From: Candidatus Peregrinibacteria bacterium Gr01-1014_25
Lineage (GTDB): Bacteria; Patescibacteriota; Gracilibacteria; Peribacterales; Peribacteraceae
Assembly: GCA_007376205.1 (NCBI GenBank)
Contig: VMFU01000001.1
Location: 94,661 to 158,660 of the forward strand
Direction: 5' to 3'
Length of the DNA: 64,000 nt
Both the position numbers and the translations under genes were made by a program. The notes beneath the pieces were generated by a model. That model was not told where the DNA came from. It worked only from the letters and a program-made list of their open reading frames with translations, and did not search any database. Positions 18,771 to 27,002 of this stretch are shown piece after piece. The number at the start of each line of letters is the position of its first letter. The first letter of the stretch is position 1.

Positions 18771-20591
18771 ATGTGCGGCATTGCAGGCTTCGCCGGCGAA
18801 GACCGCGGGACGATCGAGCGGATGACGGATGCGATCCGCCATCGCGGTCCCGACGGCGTCGGCATCGACGTCGAACAAGGCGCCTCTCTGGGACACCGGC
18901 GGCTGGCGATCCTCGATCCCCGGCCCGAAGGCAACCAGCCGATGTGGAACGAAAACCGCTCCGTCGCCATCCTGCTCAACGGCGAGATTTTCAACTACCG
19001 CGAACTGCGCGAGAGGGAGGGGTTTGCCTGCCGAACGGGAACGGACACCGAGGTGCTGTTGAAACTCTACGAACGGCACGGCATGAGTTTCCTTCCGCGA
19101 CTCCGGGGCATGTTCGCGCTGGCGATCTACGATGCGCGGTCACGAACGTGGCACCTCGCGCGCGACACCAGCGGCATCAAGCCCCTCTACCGCACGACAA
19201 TCGACGGGCGGCTCCATTTCGCCTCCGAAGTCCGATCGCTCCTGCGCGCGTTCCCGTCGAAACCGCAGCTCAATCTGCGATCACTCTCGCTGTACGTGCG
19301 GCTGCAGTACGTCCCGGGTCCCGAGACGTTGTGCGAGGGCATCGAAAGCGTCGTCCCCGGATCGGCGGTGGAGTGGCACGAGGGGCGGGAACACGTCACG
19401 CACTTCACGCCCGACGTCGCCCCGACGGCCTTCCCGTCGCCCGGCGCGTTCCGCGAGGGTTTCCCCGCGCTCATGGACGACGCCGTGCGCGAGCACCTCG
19501 TTTCGGACAAGCCCGTGGGGCTTTTCTTGAGCGGCGGCATGGACTCGACCATCGTCTTGCACCACATGGCACGTCACATGCCCTCGGGACTCAATACGTT
19601 CACGATGCGTTTCGAGGCGACGCGCGAGGAGGATGCCGACCGCTTCAATGCCGACGCAAAACTCGCGGCGCTCTCCGCAGCGCACTACCGCACGACCCAC
19701 CACGAAGTGCACATGACCGCCCAGGACTGCCGCGCGATCTACCGCGATACTGCACGCGCGCTCGACCTGCCGAACGCCGATTCCGTCGCGATGGCACAGG
19801 CGCTCCTCTCACGAACAGCCAAGAAGCACGTCGACGTCATCCTGACCGGCGCAGGAGGCGATGAACTCTTTGGAGGGTACCCCCGCTACCGCATCGCGCG
19901 GCTGCTGCACGCGTCGCGCGCCATTCCCGCATCGGTGCGTGCCGCCCTCGCCCACCTCGCGGGAGTTCCCGCGGATATCTGCAGACTCGCTCCCGACGCG
20001 CGCCTGGCGACGCGACTGCTCGCCCGTCCACCCCGCGAGGGGCGGGCTATCACAAAGGACTCATGGTTTGACCCCGATGCCACAGACGCCCTCTCCGCGG
20101 ACTGGTATGACCGCCTCCACCAATCCGATCCCGTCCGGGCATTAATGGAATTCGACCGCCACGTGTGGCTCGTCGACGAGTCGCTCAAACTCACCGACGC
20201 CACGACGATGTCTAGCGGCCTCGAAGGTCGCGTGCCGTTCCTCGATGTGCGCGTCGTCGCATCGGCCCTCGCCATGCCGACGTCGTGGCATGTGGGGTGG
20301 CGCACGACCAAGCGCCTGCTCAAGGAGACGTACTTCCCCGTTCTGCCCCCGCATATCCGTGCCCTGCACAAAGCCTGCTTCTTCCCGCCGATGGCCAAGT
20401 GGATCCGCCGTGAGGCGGCTCCGCTCGTCGAAGAGGCGCTCGCAAGCCCCCGCATCCGCGAACTGTTCGACGTCGATGCGCTGCGCACCGTTTTCGACAA
20501 ACATGTCCGTCATGAGGCCTACGGCTACCACACGCTCGCGACGATCACGCAGCTCGCTTTCTGGTTCGAGGAAGTGTACGACGCCCACTGA
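18771..20591 (+). CDS. Asparagine synthase (glutamine-hydrolysing) family amidotransferase
   Basis: Starts MCGIAGF (Ntn Cys2). FLSGGMDS (PP-loop) is present. 606 aa. Confidence 0.9.
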   Translation: MCGIAGFAGEDRGTIERMTDAIRHRGPDGVGIDVEQGASLGHRRLAILDPRPEGNQPMWNENRSVAILLNGEIFNYRELREREGFACRTGTDTEVLLKLYERHGMSFLPRLRGMFALAIYDARSRTWHLARDTSGIKPLYRTTIDGRLHFASEVRSLLRAFPSKPQLNLRSLSLYVRLQYVPGPETLCEGIESVVPGSAVEWHEGREHVTHFTPDVAPTAFPSPGAFREGFPALMDDAVREHLVSDKPVGLFLSGGMDSTIVLHHMARHMPSGLNTFTMRFEATREEDADRFNADAKLAALSAAHYRTTHHEVHMTAQDCRAIYRDTARALDLPNADSVAMAQALLSRTAKKHVDVILTGAGGDELFGGYPRYRIARLLHASRAIPASVRAALAHLAGVPADICRLAPDARLATRLLARPPREGRAITKDSWFDPDATDALSADWYDRLHQSDPVRALMEFDRHVWLVDESLKLTDATTMSSGLEGRVPFLDVRVVASALAMPTSWHVGWRTTKRLLKETYFPVLPPHIRALHKACFFPPMAKWIRREAAPLVEEALASPRIRELFDVDALRTVFDKHVRHEAYGYHTLATITQLAFWFEEVYDAH

Positions 20592-20621
20592 AATCCAAGG
20601 CGAAACTTTGTTACGTAGAAT

Positions 20622-20645
20622 CTACAATTATTTCAATAATTGTAG
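20622..20645. terminator. AT-rich hairpin between convergent genes (candidate bidirectional terminator)
   Basis: CTACAATTATT-tc-AATAATTGTAG. The arms are perfectly complementary, but there is no clear U-tract. Confidence 0.3.
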
Positions 20646-20691
20646 GTGTCTTCCGCGCTGTTAATAATCTGGAATTTTGCCCCGTTTCACC

Positions 20692-21843
20692 TCACGCCAT
20701 TGCATGCCACGGATGCACCGTGAGCGCAAGGCCCATTCCCGCCGCCAGGCCCACCGCCATCGTGGCGACCGCGAGGAGTTTCCATGCACGCGTGCTCTGG
20801 CATGCGCCGTAGAGCAGGACGAAGGGATACACCGGCGTGATGACGCGGCCGATGCTCGTGATCGCGCCCCAGATGTCGAACCGCATCACCGACATCACCG
20901 CGAGGAACGCCAGTGCGCCGATGCCGAGCAGGAGCGGCGGGCGGCGTCGTGCGACATCGCGCAGGAGCAGCACGATCGCCGGCAGACAGAATCCGAGGAA
21001 TAGCGCGATGGAGGAGAGGGTGAACGCATTGAAGCCGCGCCGTCCCAAGAGGATCTCGACGATGGCCGCAAACGGCAGATCGCGTTTGCCCGCGCTCCAG
21101 AGGAACGGCACGGTACCGAATACGCCGTAGATCGCCGCATGCCACAACAGGAAGACAGTGGCGGGCAGGCACAGCCAGAGGGCATCGCGCCAGCGACCGC
21201 GGACGAGGAACGCTGCGAGCAGGAAGGCGATCGCCACGCCATTGATTTCCCGCGACAGCGCAGCGGCGGCGAGGAGGAGCGCATCCAGAACATCGATGCG
21301 GTCGCGGTCGATGACGCGGGTGAGCACGACGGTGAAAAGCAGCAGCGTCAGCGGCTCGGCGAGCGAGAAGTGCAGGCCGACCATCGCGGCGGGCGAGAGC
21401 GCGATGCCCAACGCGAACGGCCAGGCGGACCGCCGCCAGCGCACGATCCACCAGCACGCCGCGAGGAGCGAACCGACATTGAGCGCAATGAAGGCAAACG
21501 GCAGGAGCGTGTCGTTGCCAAGGGAAAGAGCGAAGGCGAGCAGTGGCAGCAGGAAGCGCTGGTACGAGTACGACAAGTTGGCATCGGCCCCGATGCGCGC
21601 CCTCCCCTCTCCGGTGAGCAGATCGGGTACGGTGCGCGCGATGGCGTAGTACTGCATGCCGTCGTATCCCGGCATATCGAGGAGGACGAATCCGGCGGGC
21701 GGCTGGTACGTCTGCGCATGCTCTGCATCCATGTGGAATAGCGCCGAGACATCGCCGCGGTACGGCGTGAGTGTAAGAGCGATCACCACCATGAGCACGG
21801 CGGCGAGGAGGGCGACCGGCCACCGCTGGCGCAGGAGATGCAT
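20692..21843 (-). CDS. Polytopic membrane protein (possible GT-C / PIG-V / DUF2029-like)
   Basis: Start set at MHLLRQRWP (21843) to avoid overlap with the upstream stop at 21848. The protein has 9 or more hydrophobic segments. The loop GYDGMQYYAIART resembles the motif of GT-C mannosyltransferase-like families (from memory). Confidence 0.55.
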   Translation of the reverse strand: MHLLRQRWPVALLAAVLMVVIALTLTPYRGDVSALFHMDAEHAQTYQPPAGFVLLDMPGYDGMQYYAIARTVPDLLTGEGRARIGADANLSYSYQRFLLPLLAFALSLGNDTLLPFAFIALNVGSLLAACWWIVRWRRSAWPFALGIALSPAAMVGLHFSLAEPLTLLLFTVVLTRVIDRDRIDVLDALLLAAAALSREINGVAIAFLLAAFLVRGRWRDALWLCLPATVFLLWHAAIYGVFGTVPFLWSAGKRDLPFAAIVEILLGRRGFNAFTLSSIALFLGFCLPAIVLLLRDVARRRPPLLLGIGALAFLAVMSVMRFDIWGAITSIGRVITPVYPFVLLYGACQSTRAWKLLAVATMAVGLAAGMGLALTVHPWHAMA

Positions 21844-21847
21844 GGGA

Positions 21848-23119
21848 CTAGAGCGCAAGATACTGCACGCCGGCATCGCGGAATGCCTGGGTGTCGAGGA
21901 GGGACTTCAGATCGAAGAACACGCCACCCTTGCGAACGATGCGTGCCATCGCATCCACGCCCATCGCGCGAAATTCTCCGTGCGGCACGAGATAGAGCAC
22001 GGCATCATATGGCCCGTCTTTTGGACCGCCGACGACACACCCCTCCTTCTGCAAGACGCCGTCATCGACGTGGGGGTCATGCACGGCGACATGGCAACCG
22101 CATGACGTCAGCTCCCGCACGACATCGATGACTTTGCTGTTGCGCGTGTCGGGAATGTCTTCCTTGAACGTGAAACCGAGGACGAGGACGCGCGATCCGT
22201 GGGCGTCCTTGCCGAGAGCATCGCAAACGCGCCGCCCGATGTACGCACCCATGCCTTCGTTCACCGTGCGTCCGGCGGTGATCACGTGCGTATCCATGCC
22301 GAGCTGTCGGGCCTTCTCCACCAGGTAGAACGGGTCGACGCCGATGCAGTGGCCGCCGACAAGTCCGGGCTGGAACGGCAGGAAATTCCATTTCGTTGCC
22401 GCAGCCGCGAGAACGTCCTTGGTCGGAATGCCGATGTGGTTGCAGAGCAGCGCCACTTCGTTGATGTATGCGATGTTGAGATCACGCTGCGCGTTCTCGA
22501 TAGCTTTCGCCATCTCCGCGACTTTGATGCTCGACGCCCGGTGAATCCCAGCGCGCACGATCGAGCCGTACAGGGAGCAGAGCGTGTCCGTCGTCTTCTC
22601 ATCCTGCCCCGCGACGATCTTCAGGATCGACCGGACCGTGTGCTTCTTGTCACCCGGGTTGATGCGCTCGGGCGAATAGCCGAGCGTGAAATCCGTTCCA
22701 CACCGCATGCCCGACGCCTTCTCCAGGATCGGCCCGCAGATGTCCTCCGTGACGCCCGGGTACACCGTCGATTCGTAGACGACGATGACTCCGCGCTTGA
22801 GGTGCGCGCCGACGGTGGCCGAGGCCTGCTCCAGTAGCGTGAGGTCCGGTTTGTTCGCCGCGTCGACCGGTGTGGGAAGGGCGAGGATGACGATGTCGGC
22901 GGCTTCGATGCTCTTGGGATCGTCGGTGTAGGTGATGCGGACGGCAGACAGCTGCTCGGCAGACAGCTCCCGCGTGCGATCCACGCCTCGGAAGAGTTCG
23001 TCGATGCGGGAACGGCTGACGTCGTAACCGATGACGGGGTACCCCTCCTCCGCAAATGCGTGGGCGAGGGGAAGGCCGACGTATCCGAGGCCGACGATGC
23101 AGAGCGTGGGCTTTGCCAT
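21848..23119 (-). CDS. Nucleotide-sugar (UDP-glucose/GDP-mannose family) dehydrogenase
   Basis: Start at MAKPTLCIVGLGYVGLPLA (NAD fold). GGHCIGVDP (catalytic Cys) is present. About 423 aa. Confidence 0.9.
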   Translation of the reverse strand: MAKPTLCIVGLGYVGLPLAHAFAEEGYPVIGYDVSRSRIDELFRGVDRTRELSAEQLSAVRITYTDDPKSIEAADIVILALPTPVDAANKPDLTLLEQASATVGAHLKRGVIVVYESTVYPGVTEDICGPILEKASGMRCGTDFTLGYSPERINPGDKKHTVRSILKIVAGQDEKTTDTLCSLYGSIVRAGIHRASSIKVAEMAKAIENAQRDLNIAYINEVALLCNHIGIPTKDVLAAAATKWNFLPFQPGLVGGHCIGVDPFYLVEKARQLGMDTHVITAGRTVNEGMGAYIGRRVCDALGKDAHGSRVLVLGFTFKEDIPDTRNSKVIDVVRELTSCGCHVAVHDPHVDDGVLQKEGCVVGGPKDGPYDAVLYLVPHGEFRAMGVDAMARIVRKGGVFFDLKSLLDTQAFRDAGVQYLAL

Positions 23120-23135
23120 GCCGCGGGAGTGTAGC

Positions 23136-24359
23136 ATGGTACACGTGCGCATCCTCGTTCTCACCCCCTGGGTTCCCTATCCCCTGACCGGCGCCTGCCA
23201 GCAGGACCGCTTCGCGGGCTTGGAGCAGATGCAACGTCTCGGCCACGAGGTCCGCGTCGTCGCCAAAATCCACGCGTTCCAGAACCGCGCATCCGTCGAA
23301 CGCGTTTTCGCGGACAGGCGTCTCCCTCTGACGCTCGTCCCCTACGTCCGCAGCCGGCTCGGCCTGCTTGTGAGGCGACTGCCCCGCGTGCTTCGGACGC
23401 CATGGCTGCTCGACGGCGCTGCGCTCGAGTACACCGACCCCGCTTTCGAGGAGGCGGCGCTCAAGGCCGCCGCGGAGATGAAGCCCGACGCCATCTGGAT
23501 CGAGTACACGCTCCTCTGGCCGCTGCTCCGGCTGCTCAAGCCCCTGGGCATTCCCATGATTGTGAAATCGTCGCTGAACGAACCCCGAAACTGCCGTGAC
23601 GAACACGGCGGCAGCGTGTTGTCGTGGATCAAATCGATCCCCAAGTACGGCGGCGAGCGCATCGCCGCGCGGGAGAGCAACATGCTGCTGGCGATTACAC
23701 CGGACGAGGAGGTGTGGTACCGGTCGCTCGGGGCGAAACGCACAGGCGTGCTTCCCCTGCGCGGCCTTGCGCGCTGCTTCTCACGCAAAACACACGCCGA
23801 CAAGCCCGTCCTCGACGTCGTCTTCTTGAGCTCGAACTACAGCATGGGCCACAACCGCGACGCCGCACTGCTGCTTCTGCGTGATATTCTGCCCCGCGTG
23901 CGGGCAGCCGCGCCCGGGCGGTTTCGGTTCCACCTGACGGGGAAGAAGTTCCCCGATTACTGGCGGCACTATCTCGCCGATGACGCACAGACCACCGGAT
24001 TCGTCGATGATCTCGGGATGTTTTTGGCGACGATGGACATCGCGATTGCGCCGTCGATCTCCGGCCAGGGCATGCAACAGAAAGTCTTCGAGCCTCTCTG
24101 CCGCGGCCTGCCTCTCATCACGACCCACACGGCGGGATACCCGTTCATAGGCGGGGAAGACGTCCTGCTCGCCCGCTCCCCCGACGCGTACGTTGAGCAA
24201 CTCCTCCGACTCACGAGCACAACGGAGCGCCAGCGCATCGCGGACGCAGCTTATGAAAAAGCACAAACACTTTTCTCGGAGGAAGCTGTCATGGGAACTG
24301 TGAAAAAGGCTTTGGAGACCGTCCACATCAGCGATATCCGAAATCCGAACAAATTCTAA
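23136..24359 (+). CDS. Glycosyltransferase, GT-B fold (GT1/GT4-like)
   Basis: Start at MVHVRILVLTPWVPYP. The C-terminal part is GQGMQQKVFEPLCRGLPLITT..GGEDVLLA. Confidence 0.75.
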   Translation: MVHVRILVLTPWVPYPLTGACQQDRFAGLEQMQRLGHEVRVVAKIHAFQNRASVERVFADRRLPLTLVPYVRSRLGLLVRRLPRVLRTPWLLDGAALEYTDPAFEEAALKAAAEMKPDAIWIEYTLLWPLLRLLKPLGIPMIVKSSLNEPRNCRDEHGGSVLSWIKSIPKYGGERIAARESNMLLAITPDEEVWYRSLGAKRTGVLPLRGLARCFSRKTHADKPVLDVVFLSSNYSMGHNRDAALLLLRDILPRVRAAAPGRFRFHLTGKKFPDYWRHYLADDAQTTGFVDDLGMFLATMDIAIAPSISGQGMQQKVFEPLCRGLPLITTHTAGYPFIGGEDVLLARSPDAYVEQLLRLTSTTERQRIADAAYEKAQTLFSEEAVMGTVKKALETVHISDIRNPNKF

Positions 24360-24418
24360 TAACTCAAACGGCGAAACGGAGAAGTCGTGTTTTGACGATG
24401 CGAATTTCAAACGTTTCC

Positions 24419-24441
24419 TTCGGATTTCGTGTTTCGGATTT
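24419..24441. repeat. Two direct TTCGGATTT copies phased 14 bp, plus an inverted copy at 24338-24349
   Basis: TTCGGATTT occurs at 24419-24427 and 24433-24441. CCGAAATCCGAA (reverse complement of TTCGGATTTCGG) occurs at 24338-24349, inside the end of the GT gene. Confidence 0.6.
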
Positions 24442-24467
24442 GCTGTGTCACATTCACGACAACGGAG

Positions 24468-25202
24468 TCATATCGGCAATGCCGCGAATGCCGTGAGCAC
24501 GATATCGACGATCCCGTGCACCCAGCCCGAGAGGATCCGGACGGGAAGAAAGGATTCGAAGAGGATGAGACCGAGGAGGATGAACGGCCCGTACTGCAAC
24601 ATCGCGTCGTAAGCATCCTGCAACGAAAGCGGTACGAACGGCTCGATGATTTTTGATCCGTCAAGCGGCGCGATCGGTAGGAGGTTGAATGCCATGAGCG
24701 CGAGGTTCACGAAGAGGGACGCGGCGAAGAAATGCGTGAGGAAGACCTGCGTCACGCTCCCGCCATCGCCGATCGACAGCAGCTCCATTGAACTCTGGGG
24801 GCTGGCAGGCATGAGCAATGCGAGCCCGATGAAGGCGAGGAACGCAAGGATGAGATTCGACGCCGGTCCTGCGAGCGCGACGACAGCGTTGTCCCGTTTG
24901 GGATGACGGAAGGAGGACGGATCCACTGGCACGGGCCTGGCCCATCCGAAGCCGACGATCAGGAACATCAGTGCGCCGAGCGGGTCGATGTGCGACAGCG
25001 GATTGAGTGTGAGCCGCCCGGCATGCTCGGCCGTATCGTCGCCGAGTCGCTTGGCCATCCACGCATGCGCGCACTCGTGCACGCTCACCGCGATGAGCAT
25101 CGCGAGGATGGCAATGGGATGGATGAAGGGCACGAAAACGAGGATACCGAAGCAACCAAGGAAACCAAAGATTCCGGGGATCGTCGGCTGCTTTGATTGC
25201 AT
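24468..25202 (-). CDS. Site-2 protease family (peptidase M50) membrane metalloprotease
   Basis: HECAHAWMA (HExxH) and [14 protein letters not shown] motifs. Start set at MQSKQPT (25202) to avoid overlap with rpmB; 25256 is an alternative. Confidence 0.8.
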   Translation of the reverse strand: MQSKQPTIPGIFGFLGCFGILVFVPFIHPIAILAMLIAVSVHECAHAWMAKRLGDDTAEHAGRLTLNPLSHIDPLGALMFLIVGFGWARPVPVDPSSFRHPKRDNAVVALAGPASNLILAFLAFIGLALLMPASPQSSMELLSIGDGGSVTQVFLTHFFAASLFVNLALMAFNLLPIAPLDGSKIIEPFVPLSLQDAYDAMLQYGPFILLGLILFESFLPVRILSGWVHGIVDIVLTAFAALPI

Positions 25203-25254
25203 TGGTTTCTTTGGTTGCCTTCCTCGTAGACCTCCATTACTCTTGGCCCCACTC

Positions 25255-25464
25255 ATGGCACGTCAGTGCGTCAAAACCGGCCGCAAGACCGCCTTCGGGA
25301 ACACCCGCAGCCACTCGCTGCGCCACACCCGCCGGACGTGGAAGATCAATCTGCAGAAAAAGCGCGTCTTCGATCCCACAACCGGCGCGTACAAGACGTT
25401 GCGCGTCTCGACGGCCTACCTGCGCACGCTCGCGAAGCGCATGGCCGCCGGCAAATCCGCATAA
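25255..25464 (+). CDS. rpmB: 50S ribosomal protein L28
   Basis: [38 protein letters not shown].., 69 aa. Confidence 0.9.
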   Translation: MARQCVKTGRKTAFGNTRSHSLRHTRRTWKINLQKKRVFDPTTGAYKTLRVSTAYLRTLAKRMAAGKSA

Positions 25465-25477
25465 AAACCCTCCCCGT

Positions 25478-25500
25478 GTTCTTCCAAAAGAACTGTTTTT
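25478..25500 (+). terminator. Rho-independent terminator after rpmB
   Basis: GTTCTT-ccaa-AAGAAC hairpin followed by TGTTTTT. Confidence 0.5.
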
Positions 25501-25501
25501 G

Positions 25502-26428
25502 ATGTACAATGACCGGATGCCTCCCGATACACCCACATTCGAAAACCCCGACAAACCTCCGAAGGCGCCCATTGCGCCGGTGAATCCGGATAGGCCAAAA
25601 CCGGCGGTGCCTCCCGCCCCCGAAAACCCGGACAACCCAAAGGGCCCGAAGGCGGCGATGCGAAAGGAGGCCGAGAAAACGGATCGCCATCGCGATGCCC
25701 GCCTCGCCGATCGCCTCATGCGTAGTCCCGATCTGGACGAGGCACTGAAGCAACTGAAGCCACAGATCGACAATGTCCGTAAATTCATCGACGGCTCGTA
25801 CCATGAACAGCGCGGAATGAATCTCATTAAGATCTCCGAATTTCAGAAGGAAATCGACGTGCTCAATGGGCAAATCAAGCAGTTGCGTGATCAGGGAAAG
25901 AGCTTTGCCGCTACGGATGTGTGGGGTACCGCGTTGGGCATGGACATTGTGCCGGATGACATCGGCTTAAAGCTTCCGATGATCAGAAACCCCAAGATGA
26001 ACGATGCGTACTTTGCACGACAGAATCGCAAGGACACGCTGCATTCGCAGCAGCCTCTGCTGCTGCGCGTCAGGAAAGAAGGTCTTGCCCTGGTCGGCAA
26101 CGAAAACCGCGACGACGCAGTGGACGGCATTGATACGAATTTTATGACTCTGAAGTCGACGGGGACGCTGACCAAGGACGCTCAACGACACTTCATCATC
26201 GCACTCGGTCCGGTCGGGGCAAGGCAGAGTGACCTTCTCACCAGGCGTGCGGAGGCATACGGCATTCCCGTAACTGTGCAAAAATCAGGGAATACGCAGA
26301 CAGTGTGGCTGGATCTCCATGGGGCGGAATGGAAGAGTACGCAAAAACGTTTCTTGCAGCTCGACATTCCCAGCAATGACGTATCCGGTCGCCTGCAGCT
26401 CACCGACAAGCCTCCGTCGGCAAAATAA
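25502..26428 (+). CDS. Hypothetical protein with a Pro-rich NPDxP-repeat N-terminus (start may be ATG 25517)
   Basis: MYNDRMPPDTPTFENPDKPPKAPIAPVNPDRPKPAVPPAPENPDNPKGPKAA.., followed by a Lys/Glu/Gln-rich region. No family was recognised. Confidence 0.55.
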   Translation: MYNDRMPPDTPTFENPDKPPKAPIAPVNPDRPKPAVPPAPENPDNPKGPKAAMRKEAEKTDRHRDARLADRLMRSPDLDEALKQLKPQIDNVRKFIDGSYHEQRGMNLIKISEFQKEIDVLNGQIKQLRDQGKSFAATDVWGTALGMDIVPDDIGLKLPMIRNPKMNDAYFARQNRKDTLHSQQPLLLRVRKEGLALVGNENRDDAVDGIDTNFMTLKSTGTLTKDAQRHFIIALGPVGARQSDLLTRRAEAYGIPVTVQKSGNTQTVWLDLHGAEWKSTQKRFLQLDIPSNDVSGRLQLTDKPPSAK

Positions 26429-26440
26429 CACGTGTGACTA

Positions 26441-26530
26441 TGGCGGAGAGGGAGGGATTCGAACCCTCGAGACCCTTTCAGGTCTACACGCTTTCCAAGC
26501 GTGCGCACTAGGCCACTATGCGACCTCTCC
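26441..26530 (-). tRNA. tRNA-Ser (anticodon GGA), CCA encoded
   Basis: The reverse complement folds as a cloverleaf. Acceptor stem is GGAGAGG/CCTCTCC. The anticodon stem CACGC/GCGTG carries loop TTGGAAA. There is a long variable arm (GACC-tgaaag-GGTC), a T-arm GAGGG-TTCGAAT-CCCTC, and a 3' GCCA. Confidence 0.9.
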
Positions 26531-26570
26531 GTGGAGAGTCGATTGTGCCGAAGCATGCCACGACGGACAA

Positions 26571-26816
26571 CTACTTCCGCGCGCTCCCGCAGCCGCAGCA
26601 CATGTACATCTGCCGCGTCCAGAACATCAAACTGAAGCAGAAAGCGACGAGGTAGATCGCGCCCTGTGGGGACGTGAACGTCATGCCGCTCGGCGGGAAG
26701 TGCGTCTTGTAGACGCCGATGAGTGCGGCCAGCGTCGCGAGGAACAGGAGGAGGTTGGCGACCCATGCAACGACCGAGCACGCGTCGCATGTGTCCGTCT
26801 CATGATGGAAGAACAT
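26571..26816 (-). CDS. Small membrane protein (2 TM) with a C-terminal CCGCG motif
   Basis: Start set at MFFHHETDTCDACSVVAWVANLLLFLATLAAL... The protein ends ..MYMCCGCGSARK. No family was recognised. Confidence 0.45.
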   Translation of the reverse strand: MFFHHETDTCDACSVVAWVANLLLFLATLAALIGVYKTHFPPSGMTFTSPQGAIYLVAFCFSLMFWTRQMYMCCGCGSARK

Positions 26817-26867
26817 ACGCGAATTGGGGAAGGAGACGGAGGTTGATGCTACTCTGGCAAATGAAAA

Positions 26868-26892
26868 GTGCAAAGTGCACGGTGCAAAGTGC
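26868..26892. repeat. Direct repeat GTGCAAAGTGC x2, 14-bp phase
   Basis: Copies at 26868-26878 and 26882-26892, in the divergent intergenic region upstream of pheT. Confidence 0.7.
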
Positions 26893-26948
26893 GGTAAAAA
26901 CACAAAAGACAAAATCTGGCGTCTGCGCTCTATATCCTGCAATGGTGT

Positions 26949-26972
26949 GCATTCTGCACTTCGCATTCTGCA
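26949..26972. repeat. Direct repeat GCATTCTGCA x2, 14-bp phase
   Basis: Copies at 26949-26958 and 26963-26972. The reverse complement loosely resembles the 26868 repeat unit (TGCAnAnTGC). Confidence 0.7.
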
Positions 26973-27002
26973 TTTTCGACAAAAACAAGTACTCTACTGG
27001 CC

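Noticed and set aside
26868-26972. Short phased repeats as a possible CRISPR array. The TTCGGATTT clusters at 24419-24441 and 48908-48941 were considered too.
   Set aside because: The repeat units are only 9-11 bp, with 3-4 bp 'spacers' and two to three copies. No cas genes are in the window. This is not CRISPR.
26441-27002. tRNA-Ser as an integration hotspot or genomic-island boundary.
   Set aside because: No integrase, no direct repeat of the tRNA 3' end, and no mobility gene was seen on either side. The flanking genes are housekeeping.
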